DNA of 64,000 nucleotides from Candidatus Methanophagales archaeon ANME-1-THS (GTDB taxonomy: Archaea; Halobacteriota; Syntropharchaeia; Alkanophagales; Methanospirareceae), in assembly GCA_004212135.1 (NCBI GenBank), contig RXIE01000127.1:1565-65564 (forward strand), in the 5' to 3' direction. Below, piece by piece: positions 32,272-42,141 of this stretch (position 1 is its first letter; every line of letters begins with the position of its first letter). Both the position numbers and the translations under genes were made by a program. The notes beneath the pieces were generated by a model, which worked only from the letters and a program-made list of their open reading frames with translations, had not been told where the DNA came from and did no database searches.

Positions 32272-32421
32272 AAAGACGGGCTTGGGCTGAATAAGAGCTG
32301 ATTTATAAAATTTGTTACGATCCTCCGAGCGTGGATGACCTCTGGTAAGGATCTTCATGAGTCTCACCTGGAGCACAGATCAAGAGATGATTGAAGGAGC
32401 GGAGATGACCTGTACCTTTAC

Positions 32422-33207
32422 ATGAAACGGGATATGCGAGCTATGAAGAAGGGTAGAGTAATCGCGGTAGCGGGAAAAGGCGGAACGGGGAAGACTGCGA
32501 TCGCCGCACTCCTGATACGGGAACTCCTGCGATCCCGGGCACAGGAAGAAATCTGCGTGCTCGCGGTGGATGCCGATCCGGATTCCAACCTGCCTGAGGC
32601 GCTCGGTATATCCTATGCAAAAACAGTGGGTGATATCCGAGAAGCTCTGCTGGAAGAGAAGCAGCGAGATGCAGCACTGGATATTTGGTCGCAGTTTGAG
32701 GGTAAAATTGCTGAGATTATCGTGGAAGAGGAGCACTACGACCTGCTGGTCATGGGTCGACCTGAGGGACCGGGCTGTTATTGTCCCGTCAATCATATCA
32801 TCCGCATGCTGATTGATACCCTAACGAAGAACTACGATTACACGGTCATCGATTGCGAGGCAGGGCTGGAGCATCTCAGCAGGAGAACAACGCGGGATGT
32901 GGATCTCATGCTCGTGGTACTGGATATGACTTTGAAGAGCCTGAAAACCGCGTTAAGGCTGAAACAGATCGCGGAAGAGCTCCATGTGGATGTGACGAAG
33001 CTGCTAACCATAGCGAATAAAATACCTCCCGGTGCTGAGACGATGCTCCGAGCAGAAGCGAGTCAATACGGCCTCGAGATAGAAGAGGTAATACCTTTTG
33101 ATGCCGTAATCCAGGACTATGACTTCAAAGGGATACCACTGGTCAAATTACCCGATGATGCACCCTCGGTTATCGCGGTGCGGAGAATAGCGGAGCGCAT
33201 AAAATAA
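32422..33207 (+). CDS. cooC: CooC-type P-loop ATPase (second copy)
   Basis: VIAVAGKGGTGKTAIAALL…. Paralog of 10387-11205. True start may be an internal Met. Confidence 0.75.
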   Translation: MKRDMRAMKKGRVIAVAGKGGTGKTAIAALLIRELLRSRAQEEICVLAVDADPDSNLPEALGISYAKTVGDIREALLEEKQRDAALDIWSQFEGKIAEIIVEEEHYDLLVMGRPEGPGCYCPVNHIIRMLIDTLTKNYDYTVIDCEAGLEHLSRRTTRDVDLMLVVLDMTLKSLKTALRLKQIAEELHVDVTKLLTIANKIPPGAETMLRAEASQYGLEIEEVIPFDAVIQDYDFKGIPLVKLPDDAPSVIAVRRIAERIK

Positions 33208-33249
33208 GGTAAGGTAACTTATGGGTTACCCGTCTGGTGAAGAAAACAG

Positions 33250-35481
33250 ATGAAGATTGTTATTAAAGGAACGGTACAGGGTGTCGGGTTTCGACCGACG
33301 GTATACCGTGTGGCAACAGCTCTGGGCTTGAAGGGCTATGTACTCAACAAAGGCTCGAACGTGGAGATCGGTATCCAGGAGCAGGGAAAGAAGGACGAAT
33401 TCCTGAATCGGTTAATGAAGAACCTGCCTCCACTTGCCGCGCTCAATGAAATAGAGGTGAACGACGATCCTGTCAGTGGCTATCAGGACTTTGAGATACT
33501 CATGAGCTCAGAGGGAGAAAAGACCTCAGTTACGCCTGTGGATACCGCGATCTGCGATGCATGTGTGAAGGAAGTGCTGGATGTGGATAATCGTCGGTAT
33601 CTCTATCCGTTTATTAATTGCACCTCCTGCGGTGCGCGGTTCTCAGTCATACTGAATGTCCCGTACGATCGGGCGAATACCTCAATGCGTGACTTCACGA
33701 TGTGCGAGCACTGCCGCGCGGAATACAAGAACCCACAGGACCGGCGATTTCATGCGCAGACGATCTCATGCCCACAGTGCGGTCCGAAATACACGCTGCA
33801 TGGCCGAAATGGGGAAGTGCTGGACGAGCGAAATCCAATAGAGGCCTTCGCAAAGCTCGTTGACGAGGGCGCGCTCGCCATCGCGAAGGGCTGGGGAGGC
33901 ATGCACCTCATCTGCACCTTTGATCAGGCAAGCCGATTGAGAAAGCTCTACGGACGGCCTGCAAAACCATTCGCCGTGATGTTCCGGGACTTGAATGCCA
34001 TTGAGAACTACCTCGAGTTCGATGCGCATGAAGAAAACTTGCTGACCTCAGCACACCGGCCGATTGTGCTTTTGGATAAGCGTTCCTCTCCGGATGACCT
34101 CTCCGCTATCGCGCCGGGATTAGGCACGATTGGTGCTTATTTACCCTATTCAGGGCTCCATTACGTGCTGTTCCATTATCTGAGTTCAGAGGGGATTATA
34201 ATGACCTCGGCTAATATCTCGGGCGAGCCGATGGCGATCAGAAACGAGGATGCATTCAGGTTGAGCGCGGATTATTTCCTCGTACATAACCGGCGGATCG
34301 TGAACCGGGTTGACGATTCCGTCATTCGGTGCTACGGGGACAAAAACTTCTTCCTCCGGAGATCGAGGGGGTTTGTTCCCACTTCGTTCAAAGTCAGGTA
34401 CCCGCAGAGGATTTTATCACTGGGTGCGGGCGAAAATGTCACCTCGAGTATCTCAAAGGGGGGGAATCTATATACCAGTCAATATATCGGGAATACCTAT
34501 CATTATCCAACAGTCGAATACCTGGCTTCGGGCACGGAGCAACTGCTGAGGCTTTTGGGGTTGAGCATGGCCGACTTTGATGCCATCGGGGTAGACCTGC
34601 ATCCACGCTATCCAACGAGGCGGTATGGTAAACAGCTCTCAGAAGAATGGTCCATCGAATTAGTTGAGGTGCAGCACCATTGGGCACATGCAGCGTCGTT
34701 ACTGCTCGATCGGGCGGTCGATGAGATTGTTGCGTTAACCCTCGATGGGACGGGATATGGTGTGGATGGAACGGCATGGGGTGGCGAGATCCTGCATGCG
34801 AATTACAAAGCCTTTGACCGTGTGGGATCGCTGGAAGAGATACCGCTCGTGGGTGGTGAAATGGCGATAAAAGACCCCAGAAGGTTACTCTTTGCGATTT
34901 TTTCGCGTCTCGGAAGGGATACGCATACCGCCCAGTTCGTGGATGAACAGGAAGCGAGGGTATTAGAGAAGCTGGTGAAGAAAGCGCCGAGGACCAGTAG
35001 CTTCGGCAGGGTGCTCGATGCACTCTCCTGCTACCTCGGCGTCGCTCAGCGGATGACTTATGATGGTGAACCCGCAATGAAGCTCGAACGATATTTAGCT
35101 AAGGGAGAGCGAACGTATGAATTCGAGACGACGGTGAAACGCGCTGATCGCGAAATCGTGCTGACGCTGCCGCTCTTTGATCAACTTGCTGAATATCAGC
35201 TTCACACGGAAAAGGAGAGGGCGGACATTGCATATTCCTTTGTGTACGCGTTGGTCAAGGAGATGGTCGAGATTGCAGCGGACGCGTGCAGTGCCACGGG
35301 CATCACCGCTATCGGGATCACCGGCGGAGTATCCTATGATGTCCCGATTGTCAGACTGGCAGAAGCGATGGTGAAGGAGAAAGGATTAAGGTTTTTAACC
35401 CATGATAAGATACCGAATGGTGATGGTGGTATCTCACTAGGGCAAAATGCGATTGTGGGGCATTTAAAAGAACGAGTCTAA
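33250..35481 (+). CDS. hypF: [NiFe]-hydrogenase maturation carbamoyltransferase HypF
   Basis: Acylphosphatase domain, two CxxC Zn fingers, YrdC-like and Kae1-like domains. 743 aa. Confidence 0.9.
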   Translation: MKIVIKGTVQGVGFRPTVYRVATALGLKGYVLNKGSNVEIGIQEQGKKDEFLNRLMKNLPPLAALNEIEVNDDPVSGYQDFEILMSSEGEKTSVTPVDTAICDACVKEVLDVDNRRYLYPFINCTSCGARFSVILNVPYDRANTSMRDFTMCEHCRAEYKNPQDRRFHAQTISCPQCGPKYTLHGRNGEVLDERNPIEAFAKLVDEGALAIAKGWGGMHLICTFDQASRLRKLYGRPAKPFAVMFRDLNAIENYLEFDAHEENLLTSAHRPIVLLDKRSSPDDLSAIAPGLGTIGAYLPYSGLHYVLFHYLSSEGIIMTSANISGEPMAIRNEDAFRLSADYFLVHNRRIVNRVDDSVIRCYGDKNFFLRRSRGFVPTSFKVRYPQRILSLGAGENVTSSISKGGNLYTSQYIGNTYHYPTVEYLASGTEQLLRLLGLSMADFDAIGVDLHPRYPTRRYGKQLSEEWSIELVEVQHHWAHAASLLLDRAVDEIVALTLDGTGYGVDGTAWGGEILHANYKAFDRVGSLEEIPLVGGEMAIKDPRRLLFAIFSRLGRDTHTAQFVDEQEARVLEKLVKKAPRTSSFGRVLDALSCYLGVAQRMTYDGEPAMKLERYLAKGERTYEFETTVKRADREIVLTLPLFDQLAEYQLHTEKERADIAYSFVYALVKEMVEIAADACSATGITAIGITGGVSYDVPIVRLAEAMVKEKGLRFLTHDKIPNGDGGISLGQNAIVGHLKERV

Positions 35482-35498
35482 AAGAAAAGTGAGTTACG

Positions 35499-35741
35499 AT
35501 GTGTTTGGGCATACCAGCGAAAGTGGTGGAGATTAACCACGAGGGACGAAAGGGAAAGGCGGATTTCGGGGGTGTATCGCGTGAGGTCGATCTCTCATTG
35601 GTCGATGTGAAGGTGGGCGACTATGTGATTATTCATGCGGGTTTTGCAATCGAGCTACTGGACGAGGAGGAGGCGAAGGAGTCGCTCGCGTTGTGGCAGG
35701 AGCTGCTGGAACGATGTTCAGATACCGGGACGAGGGATTAG
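35499..35741 (+). CDS. hypC: Hydrogenase assembly chaperone HypC
   Basis: MCLGIPAKVVEI… N-terminal Cys2. Confidence 0.85.
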   Translation: MCLGIPAKVVEINHEGRKGKADFGGVSREVDLSLVDVKVGDYVIIHAGFAIELLDEEEAKESLALWQELLERCSDTGTRD

Positions 35742-36799
35742 CACAACGGATAATCGAGAGATTAAAAGGCCTGAAGCTCGATTTACGGCTGATGCATGTC
35801 TGCGGCACCCATCAGGATACCCTGGTCAAGTTCGGGTTGGGACCGTTGCTACAGGCGGCCGGGATTGAGGTCCGCGCAGGCCCTGGATGCCCGGTTTGCG
35901 TGACGACGGCACGAGAGATCGAGGAAGCGATGCTTTTAGCACGCATGGGGAAAGTGGTTGCGACCTTTGGTGACATGTTCAGAGTTCCGGGTGAGAACCA
36001 ATCGTTAGCGGACGTGAAGGCCGAGGGTTTTGATGTTCGGATGGTCTACAGCATCACTGACTGTGTTGCTCTTGCGGAAAAAACAGCCAGGGATGTGGTC
36101 TTCTTTTCTATCGGGTTTGAAACTACCGCCCCTACGCCGGCATCAGTCATCTTGCATACCCCACCGGAGAATTTCTCGATCCTCTCGGCGCATCGGCTCA
36201 TACCGCCCGCGATGGAAGCATTGATCCAAATGGGGGAGCTGCGCATCGACGGGTTCATCAATCCCGGGCATGTATCCGCGATCATAGGCGCAAATGCGTA
36301 TGAATTTATATCCACGCGCTATCAGATCCCGCAGGTTATTGCGGGCTTTGAACCGCTCGATCTGCTCGTTGCGGTCTATATGCTCGCGATACAGGCATGC
36401 AAGGGTGAAGCGAAGGTGGAGAATGAATATGCACGCGTGGTGAAACCCGAGGGAAATGAGAAGGCGAAGCGGATCATGGAATCGGTCTTCGAGCCCTTCG
36501 ATCTCGGCTGGCGAGGTTTTCCTGTCATAACTGGCAGTGGACTGAGATTGAAAGAGGAGTTCGCGGCATATGATGCGAGGAAACGATACGAAGATGAATT
36601 GAGCGAGCTGAGCACCGAGTATCAAGAGCCAGAAGGGTGCAAGTGTGGCGAGATCCTGCGAGGGCTGGTGTATCCCGAGGACTGTCCGCTCTTTGGTACC
36701 GTTTGCACGCCCCAGCATCCTGTTGGACCCTGTATGGTCTCCATGGAAGGCTGCTGCAATATACTCTTCAAATATGGAAAATCCAGAATTGGGATTTGA
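35714..36799 (+). CDS. hypD: Hydrogenase maturation factor HypD
   Basis: MFRYRDEG…CGTHQD…GPGCPVCVT motifs. Overlaps the hypC 3' end. Confidence 0.9.
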   Translation: MFRYRDEGLAQRIIERLKGLKLDLRLMHVCGTHQDTLVKFGLGPLLQAAGIEVRAGPGCPVCVTTAREIEEAMLLARMGKVVATFGDMFRVPGENQSLADVKAEGFDVRMVYSITDCVALAEKTARDVVFFSIGFETTAPTPASVILHTPPENFSILSAHRLIPPAMEALIQMGELRIDGFINPGHVSAIIGANAYEFISTRYQIPQVIAGFEPLDLLVAVYMLAIQACKGEAKVENEYARVVKPEGNEKAKRIMESVFEPFDLGWRGFPVITGSGLRLKEEFAAYDARKRYEDELSELSTEYQEPEGCKCGEILRGLVYPEDCPLFGTVCTPQHPVGPCMVSMEGCCNILFKYGKSRIGI

Positions 36800-36819
36800 T
36801 GAACTGAGCAGGTACGTAA

Positions 36820-37311
36820 ATGTCTAAAATTCTCGTCGCGGGTATTGGAAATAAGTATTATGGGGACGACAGCTTCGGTCCACGGGTTATCGAGGCGTTG
36901 ATCGCGAGGAACCTACCTGAGGACGTGGAAGCAAGGGATGTTGGTCTCTGTGGTTCCACACTGGCACCTGACCTTGGTGACTATGAGCTTGTGATCTTTG
37001 TTGATGCGGTTATGAAAGGCGGGAAGCCTGGAACTATCTATCGAACGGAAATAAAAGCAGATCAGGTGAAGGAACTGAGACCTGAAGACGTGGTGCAGTC
37101 CTTCACCTTCAGTATCCATGAGACCGGGCTCGAACAACTTCTCTCCTTCGCTAAGAAGATTGGGACTCTTCCTCCTACTACCATTGTCTTCGGCTGCGAG
37201 ATCCACGAGATCACACTGGGTGAGACACTGAGCCGAGCGGTTGAGGCTGCGGTGCGTAGTACCGTCGAACTAATTTTTACTGAGCTCCAGCGGTACCGCG
37301 AACGGAAGTAG
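36820..37311 (+). CDS. Hydrogenase maturation endopeptidase (HycI/HybD family)
   Basis: MSKILVAGIGNKYYGDDSFGPRV… with the conserved D…H signature. Confidence 0.8.
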   Translation: MSKILVAGIGNKYYGDDSFGPRVIEALIARNLPEDVEARDVGLCGSTLAPDLGDYELVIFVDAVMKGGKPGTIYRTEIKADQVKELRPEDVVQSFTFSIHETGLEQLLSFAKKIGTLPPTTIVFGCEIHEITLGETLSRAVEAAVRSTVELIFTELQRYRERK

Positions 37312-39093
37312 CTCGTGCTTCACGACCCGAGAGCCCATATGCACGTGGATTGCACACCCCAAACACGGATCGAAGCTCCTTATGGTTCTCACGATGTCAA
37401 TGCCCTTCCACGCCGCAGGGTCGCCCGCTTCGGTGATGGGCGAGTGGATGAGTGCTTCTTCGTACGGTCCCGGGTGTTCCTCAGGATCCCTACCCGAGGC
37501 GTTCCACGTTGAGGGTGCGTGGTACTGATAATTATGGATGACTCCGTTCTTCATGACGCACCAGTGCAGGCACGAGCCCCGCATAGCTTCGACCGCACCA
37601 AACCCGATTCCTTCTTCAGGCTTCACGTACGGAGTCCAGACCGCTGTTTTCCCCGCTTTCATGAGTTCCAGAGCCTTCATTACCAGTTTCGAGACGCAAT
37701 AAGCGGTGTAGGCATGATAATATGCCCTCGCTCTCACTCGTTCGACCGTATTTGGCTTCTTTGGAATCTTCCATTCGAAGTCCATCTTCTCCGCGTACTT
37801 GAAACCGGGTATAACAGCCGCAGGAAGCCCAAATTTGAGGCTCGATCCGGTAGACTCAGGCACCAGTCCTGCTTTCGCCGTCACCCACATTCGTGCAAGC
37901 GGCCCCAATTCAACCACATGGTTCGCGCCGTCGCCCTTCCAGTGCCACCATCTCGGTGAGGTAACCCACGTGTATTTAGAATTCCACTTTCCAGCCTCTC
38001 CAGGTTCCGGGATCGTGCGCTTGTTCCACGGATGCTCTAACGCGATTTTATTACCTGCGGGATCAGTCGCGATTTCTTGCTCCCAATTACTCGAATACCA
38101 CCCTCTCCCAACGAACTCTCGAACGCCCGCATTTATCTCAACGAGATCAGTCGTGACGAGATTACCATTCAAAATAACCCCGGGGGAGACCATTCGCTTT
38201 CGGCCCCAATCGGTCATCTCACTATACACCGCAGAATATGCCTCAGGATCGTTATAGCCACCAACAGCGAAGAGGTTTAGCGGTCTCGCACCGACATCCT
38301 CATATCCCTGTGCGAGCACGAAATCGAGCAGATCGTCTGTTGCGCTGACCAGTTCCTTGGTAAAGGCAATGTGCCGCATGAGAAGCGTGAGATACGATGC
38401 GATATCAGACATCGATAGGTTGATCTTTGCAATGCCACCAGGAATAAAGGAGTGAACGTGGGGATGCTTTGCACCGAAGATCGCAGCCATATCATGTCCT
38501 GCTTTCTGAACCAGAAGTGACCGGAGATAGAGCTCGCCCGCCAATGGGTTGAGTGCGGTCATGATATCAGCTATCGTTGCAAAGCCATGGACAGCACTCC
38601 TCTCTGCTTTCGTCTTCTGCGCCTCCGTCCACCAGGCAGGGTTGAACTTCTTCACGGCAATCTCGCTGTAGTCCGGTCCTTCAAGGTTGAGCACACCGAC
38701 CTCAGCATCATACAACTGCTCTGCACCGTGGATGAAATCTCTCAGCACAACACCCATGGGGGGCGGTGATACTCCATATACCTGGTCGCACGCGGTTATG
38801 GATGAAAAGCCATGCGGCACGGGACAAACACCGCAGGCTCGCTGCGTAATCATCGCCGCTTCGGATGGCTCTCTTCCCAGAAGGATAATCTCAAAACCAC
38901 GGAACATTGGACTATACGCGTACGCATCGCTGATCCTCCTTGCACCGATATCGAGCTTCGCATGAACACCCAAATGCCCCTCAATCCTCGTTACGGGCTC
39001 TATAGATATCTCTCTCTCGCCTCCTTTCGCTTCGGGCGCAGGTGCTGCCTCCGCCTCTTTTTTGCCGAGTATCTTCTCCAACAGTTTCGTCAT
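37270..39093 (-). CDS. [NiFe]-hydrogenase large subunit
   Basis: L1 motif RACGVCPVPHG. C-terminal DPCLGCAIHV followed by a cleavable extension. 607 aa. Confidence 0.9.
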   Translation of the reverse strand: MTKLLEKILGKKEAEAAPAPEAKGGEREISIEPVTRIEGHLGVHAKLDIGARRISDAYAYSPMFRGFEIILLGREPSEAAMITQRACGVCPVPHGFSSITACDQVYGVSPPPMGVVLRDFIHGAEQLYDAEVGVLNLEGPDYSEIAVKKFNPAWWTEAQKTKAERSAVHGFATIADIMTALNPLAGELYLRSLLVQKAGHDMAAIFGAKHPHVHSFIPGGIAKINLSMSDIASYLTLLMRHIAFTKELVSATDDLLDFVLAQGYEDVGARPLNLFAVGGYNDPEAYSAVYSEMTDWGRKRMVSPGVILNGNLVTTDLVEINAGVREFVGRGWYSSNWEQEIATDPAGNKIALEHPWNKRTIPEPGEAGKWNSKYTWVTSPRWWHWKGDGANHVVELGPLARMWVTAKAGLVPESTGSSLKFGLPAAVIPGFKYAEKMDFEWKIPKKPNTVERVRARAYYHAYTAYCVSKLVMKALELMKAGKTAVWTPYVKPEEGIGFGAVEAMRGSCLHWCVMKNGVIHNYQYHAPSTWNASGRDPEEHPGPYEEALIHSPITEAGDPAAWKGIDIVRTIRSFDPCLGCAIHVHMGSRVVKHELLPFAVPLELSKN

Positions 39094-39094
39094 C

Positions 39095-40210
39095 TTATAT
39101 CTTCCTCCCCTTTCGTTCCCCCTCTTTCATCGGTTGCTCAAATTCCGCAAGGAGCTTAGAGACCACCGGTTGCCATTCATCTTGGTGCTCTTTGAGATAA
39201 TTGTCTAAACCCTCGATAAGAGCCCCTAAACCCTCGAGTAAATCAGGTACCAACGGCGGTATCAAGTTTATTATAGGCTTAACTCGTGTGTATCCCATCA
39301 AAGCATGAGCCAATGTGCCCTTGATATTCTCAATAATAAATGGCTCAACGGGTGGCTTAGCGAAGAATGGAGAGGTTGGCGGGTCTGGGAAGTCCGGATG
39401 GGTGCAGCCGAAACAGGGGACACCTGTTGCGGTACAGCCACCGTATCCATCAGCCCACGATCTATTATTGCAGTTTGAAACAATACCCTTGCAGCCTACC
39501 GCACCGAGACAGCCAGTTTCACCGAAACTATGGGCGTCGACACCCGCAGCGTAGAACCCACAGATCGGGCAGAGTTCATGCATCGTGTAACCGAAGAGTT
39601 CAACAGGTCGATGCCATTCATCCAGCTCTGGAAGAGGCGCTAATCCCCGTGCTGCAAGAACCGCTTGACCCAGCACCTGAACGATGTTATCAGGTCTGGG
39701 CGGGCAGCCAGGGATGCAGATAACCGGAAGCCCTAAGGCTCCTTTCCAGTCTTTTCCTAAGTACTCCAAAAGTCCCTTTGCACCGGTCGGATTAGGCGTA
39801 CCCGCGGGGATACCACCGTACGCGGCACAGGTACCGATCGCCACAGCAGCCGCACACCGCTTTGCGAGACTGTCAATCACATGGGTCAGTGTAAGCAGTT
39901 TCCCGTCATGCTCGCCAATCGCACAGAAAACCCCTGGTGATGCCTTCGTCTCGTCAGGAATAGATCCTTCAAGAATCAAAACAAAAGGATCATACTTCCC
40001 TTCCATAGCATCAACGAGAACCCGCGATGCATCCTCGCCCCATTCGAACATCAAGGTTGGATGGAATACGAGTTTTAGTCCACCAAGCCCTGGAACAGCT
40101 CCGGTAACCACATCTATAAGCGTTGGGTTGCTTGCCTGCTTGATCGAGATGGTATCGCCAGCACAGTCCTGCCCTTCAAGCCATATCAAGTTTATTTTCT
40201 CAAGGCTCAT
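39095..40210 (-). CDS. [NiFe]-hydrogenase small subunit (no Tat signal; proximal-cluster motif DCAGD instead of the canonical CxGC)
   Basis: N-terminal LIWLEGQDCAGDT. Further Cys clusters (…GTCAAYGG…, CPICG…CLGAVGCKG…CFGCTHP). No RRxF twin-arginine motif. Confidence 0.85.
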   Translation of the reverse strand: MSLEKINLIWLEGQDCAGDTISIKQASNPTLIDVVTGAVPGLGGLKLVFHPTLMFEWGEDASRVLVDAMEGKYDPFVLILEGSIPDETKASPGVFCAIGEHDGKLLTLTHVIDSLAKRCAAAVAIGTCAAYGGIPAGTPNPTGAKGLLEYLGKDWKGALGLPVICIPGCPPRPDNIVQVLGQAVLAARGLAPLPELDEWHRPVELFGYTMHELCPICGFYAAGVDAHSFGETGCLGAVGCKGIVSNCNNRSWADGYGGCTATGVPCFGCTHPDFPDPPTSPFFAKPPVEPFIIENIKGTLAHALMGYTRVKPIINLIPPLVPDLLEGLGALIEGLDNYLKEHQDEWQPVVSKLLAEFEQPMKEGERKGRKI

Positions 40211-40240
40211 CCTATTTTAACCTCCTACCAGATATACCGG

Positions 40241-40276
40241 GTAGATATATCTACATCTATGTGACCTGAGAGTCAC
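40241..40276. promoter_or_regulatory. Two adjacent palindromes in the divergent hydrogenase/hypA intergenic region: GTAGATATATCTAC (40241-40254) and GTGACCTGAGAGTCAC (40261-40276)
   Basis: Perfect 14-bp palindrome and a 5-bp-arm inverted repeat, read directly from the sequence. Candidate operator sites. Confidence 0.4.
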
Positions 40277-40522
40277 GTAATCATCTTGGCATGAAGTCTC
40301 ATAAAAACTTTTCTATTTTGTTAAAGACAGAAAGAGTGATGGTATCAACAACTTTCATGCAATACATATACAATTAAATATGCATATTGCCCGGTACCTC
40401 GAACATAAGAAATCTTACCGGCATGTCTCCATTCATTATTTAGATGCGTTCTACTTAAAGTGCTGGCGCCAATATGATACTGGTATATTAGCAGAGGGGG
40501 TAGACAGAGGGGTGGAACCACC

Positions 40523-40936
40523 GTGCACGAATGGGCATTGGCGGAAGCGGTGATCGCATCCGCACTTGAGGAATCGAGAAAGGGAGGGCTGGGGGAGGTT
40601 ACTGAAATAACACTCAGGATAGGTGAATTACAGCACCTGGAGCTCGAAATCTTCAAATTTGCACTGGACGAACTTGCCAAAAGCTACGCTGGGAGCCCGT
40701 CGCTGCAGAGCTTGAAGATCAAAATAGAACCGGAACAAGCGATCTTTAAATGCCGGGTGTGTGGCGCGGAATGGGATTTTGGCGATCCAGGGCTAGACCA
40801 GAAGGAGTACGAGGCAGTTCATTTCGCGCCTGAGGTCGCCCATGCGTATATCAGATGTCCTTCCTGTAAGAGCCCGGACTTTGAGGTGATCCAGGGGCGC
40901 GGCGTTTTGATCCATTCGATAAAAGGGAAACAGTAA
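40523..40936 (+). CDS. hypA: Hydrogenase nickel-incorporation protein HypA (GTG start)
   Basis: MHEWALAEAVIA… with CxxC…CxxC Zn site. Confidence 0.85.
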   Translation: MHEWALAEAVIASALEESRKGGLGEVTEITLRIGELQHLELEIFKFALDELAKSYAGSPSLQSLKIKIEPEQAIFKCRVCGAEWDFGDPGLDQKEYEAVHFAPEVAHAYIRCPSCKSPDFEVIQGRGVLIHSIKGKQ

Positions 40937-40942
40937 CTCAAG

Positions 40943-41695
40943 ATGATGCTCGATCCGCGTTTAAGCATTATTGATACGCGATTGGCGGGAATAAAGCGAC
41001 TGATCGCGGTATCTGGCGGTAAAGGTGGTATTGGCAAGAGTGTAATCGCCTCGATGCTCGCAGTAACCCTGTCGCGATTGGGTTACCGGGTCGGGCTGCT
41101 CGATCTAGATCTCTCTGCACCCTCGACGCACGTGATACTGGGCGTAGCAGATGGGTATCCGAAGGAGGAGAAGGGAATTGTTCCACCTGAGGTTCATGGC
41201 ATCGCCTATATGAGCATCGTGTACTTCACCGGCGACGAGCCCACTCCCCTCCGCGGTACTGATATCTCAAATGCGCTGCTCGAATTGCTCGCAATTACCC
41301 AATGGGGTTCGCTTGACTTCCTGATTGTCGATATGCCACCGGGGATTGGAGATATAGCAATGGATGTGATCCGGTGGTTGAAGAAGGCTGAATTTCTCGT
41401 CGTGACCACCGCTTCACGAGTAGCCCTGGAAACGGTGAAGAAGGTACTAAAAATGCTCAGAGAGTTGCATAGGCCTATTATCGGCGTTATCGAGAATATG
41501 AAGCTGCGCGAGTCCCCAGTGGTGAACGAGGCGCTCAACGAATTCGAGGTGCCTCTGCTCGGCGCGATAACCTTTGATAAGACCCTTGAGGATTCAATCG
41601 GGGATGTGGACCGGTTATTAAGAAGCGAGGTTGCCGCACGGCTACACGAGATTGTGCTGAACACCTCGGGGTTCAAGCTGGAGCACGGCAGGTAA
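40943..41695 (+). CDS. Mrp/MinD-family P-loop ATPase (probable HypB-type nickel-delivery ATPase or Fe-S carrier)
   Basis: IAVSGGKGGIGKSVIASML… Mrp/NBP35-like Walker A, immediately after hypA. Confidence 0.7.
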   Translation: MMLDPRLSIIDTRLAGIKRLIAVSGGKGGIGKSVIASMLAVTLSRLGYRVGLLDLDLSAPSTHVILGVADGYPKEEKGIVPPEVHGIAYMSIVYFTGDEPTPLRGTDISNALLELLAITQWGSLDFLIVDMPPGIGDIAMDVIRWLKKAEFLVVTTASRVALETVKKVLKMLRELHRPIIGVIENMKLRESPVVNEALNEFEVPLLGAITFDKTLEDSIGDVDRLLRSEVAARLHEIVLNTSGFKLEHGR

Positions 41696-41703
41696 TGAAT
41701 GGT

Positions 41704-42141
41704 TCAGTTCATCCTCCGATTTATAGCCAGTTCCAGAGCTTTTATTCTCTCACTCTCGCCTTTCAAATCCTTTATCAACATCTCAAATTTTCTAAGGTCT
41801 AGGTTAATCACTTTATGTAACTCTTCGCTATCATCTGGTAAGTTATACCGGCTTATATCCAAATCTGCCTCCTTTGTAGCCTTCAATACCTACTCCTCCA
41901 ATCTTGGGCACAGGATAATTAAATCGTTGTTCTTGGCATTATCGTTCAATATCTTTAGTTCACAATCAGATAGATTTTCCTTCGTCTGCAACTTTTTCAA
42001 ATAAGGAGGCTGGACACTGAAAGGGTCTTCATCTATCAATCCGGTGCAATTTTCTCGTTTTGCCAATTGTTTACAAACTTCAGGTTTTCCTCCCAGATGG
42101 ATAACCTGTTTCTTTGGTAATCCTAACGTTTTTACTAACAC
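41704..42141 (-). pseudogene. Small partner gene of the ABC-ATPase, two ORF pieces in the same frame separated by one in-frame TAG (41890-41892); Toprim-like EGxxE…DxD-type motifs
   Basis: ORFs 41890-42141 and 41704-41886 share a frame with a single TAG between them. GTG and TTG starts. Sequence …QVIHLGGKPEVCKQLAKRENCTGLIDEDPF… AT-rich island. Confidence 0.35.

Noticed and set aside
37315-39159. Plus-strand ORFs inside the hydrogenase large-subunit gene
   Set aside because: They are antisense to a strongly supported [NiFe] large-subunit CDS. Compositions are biased and no family was recognisable.
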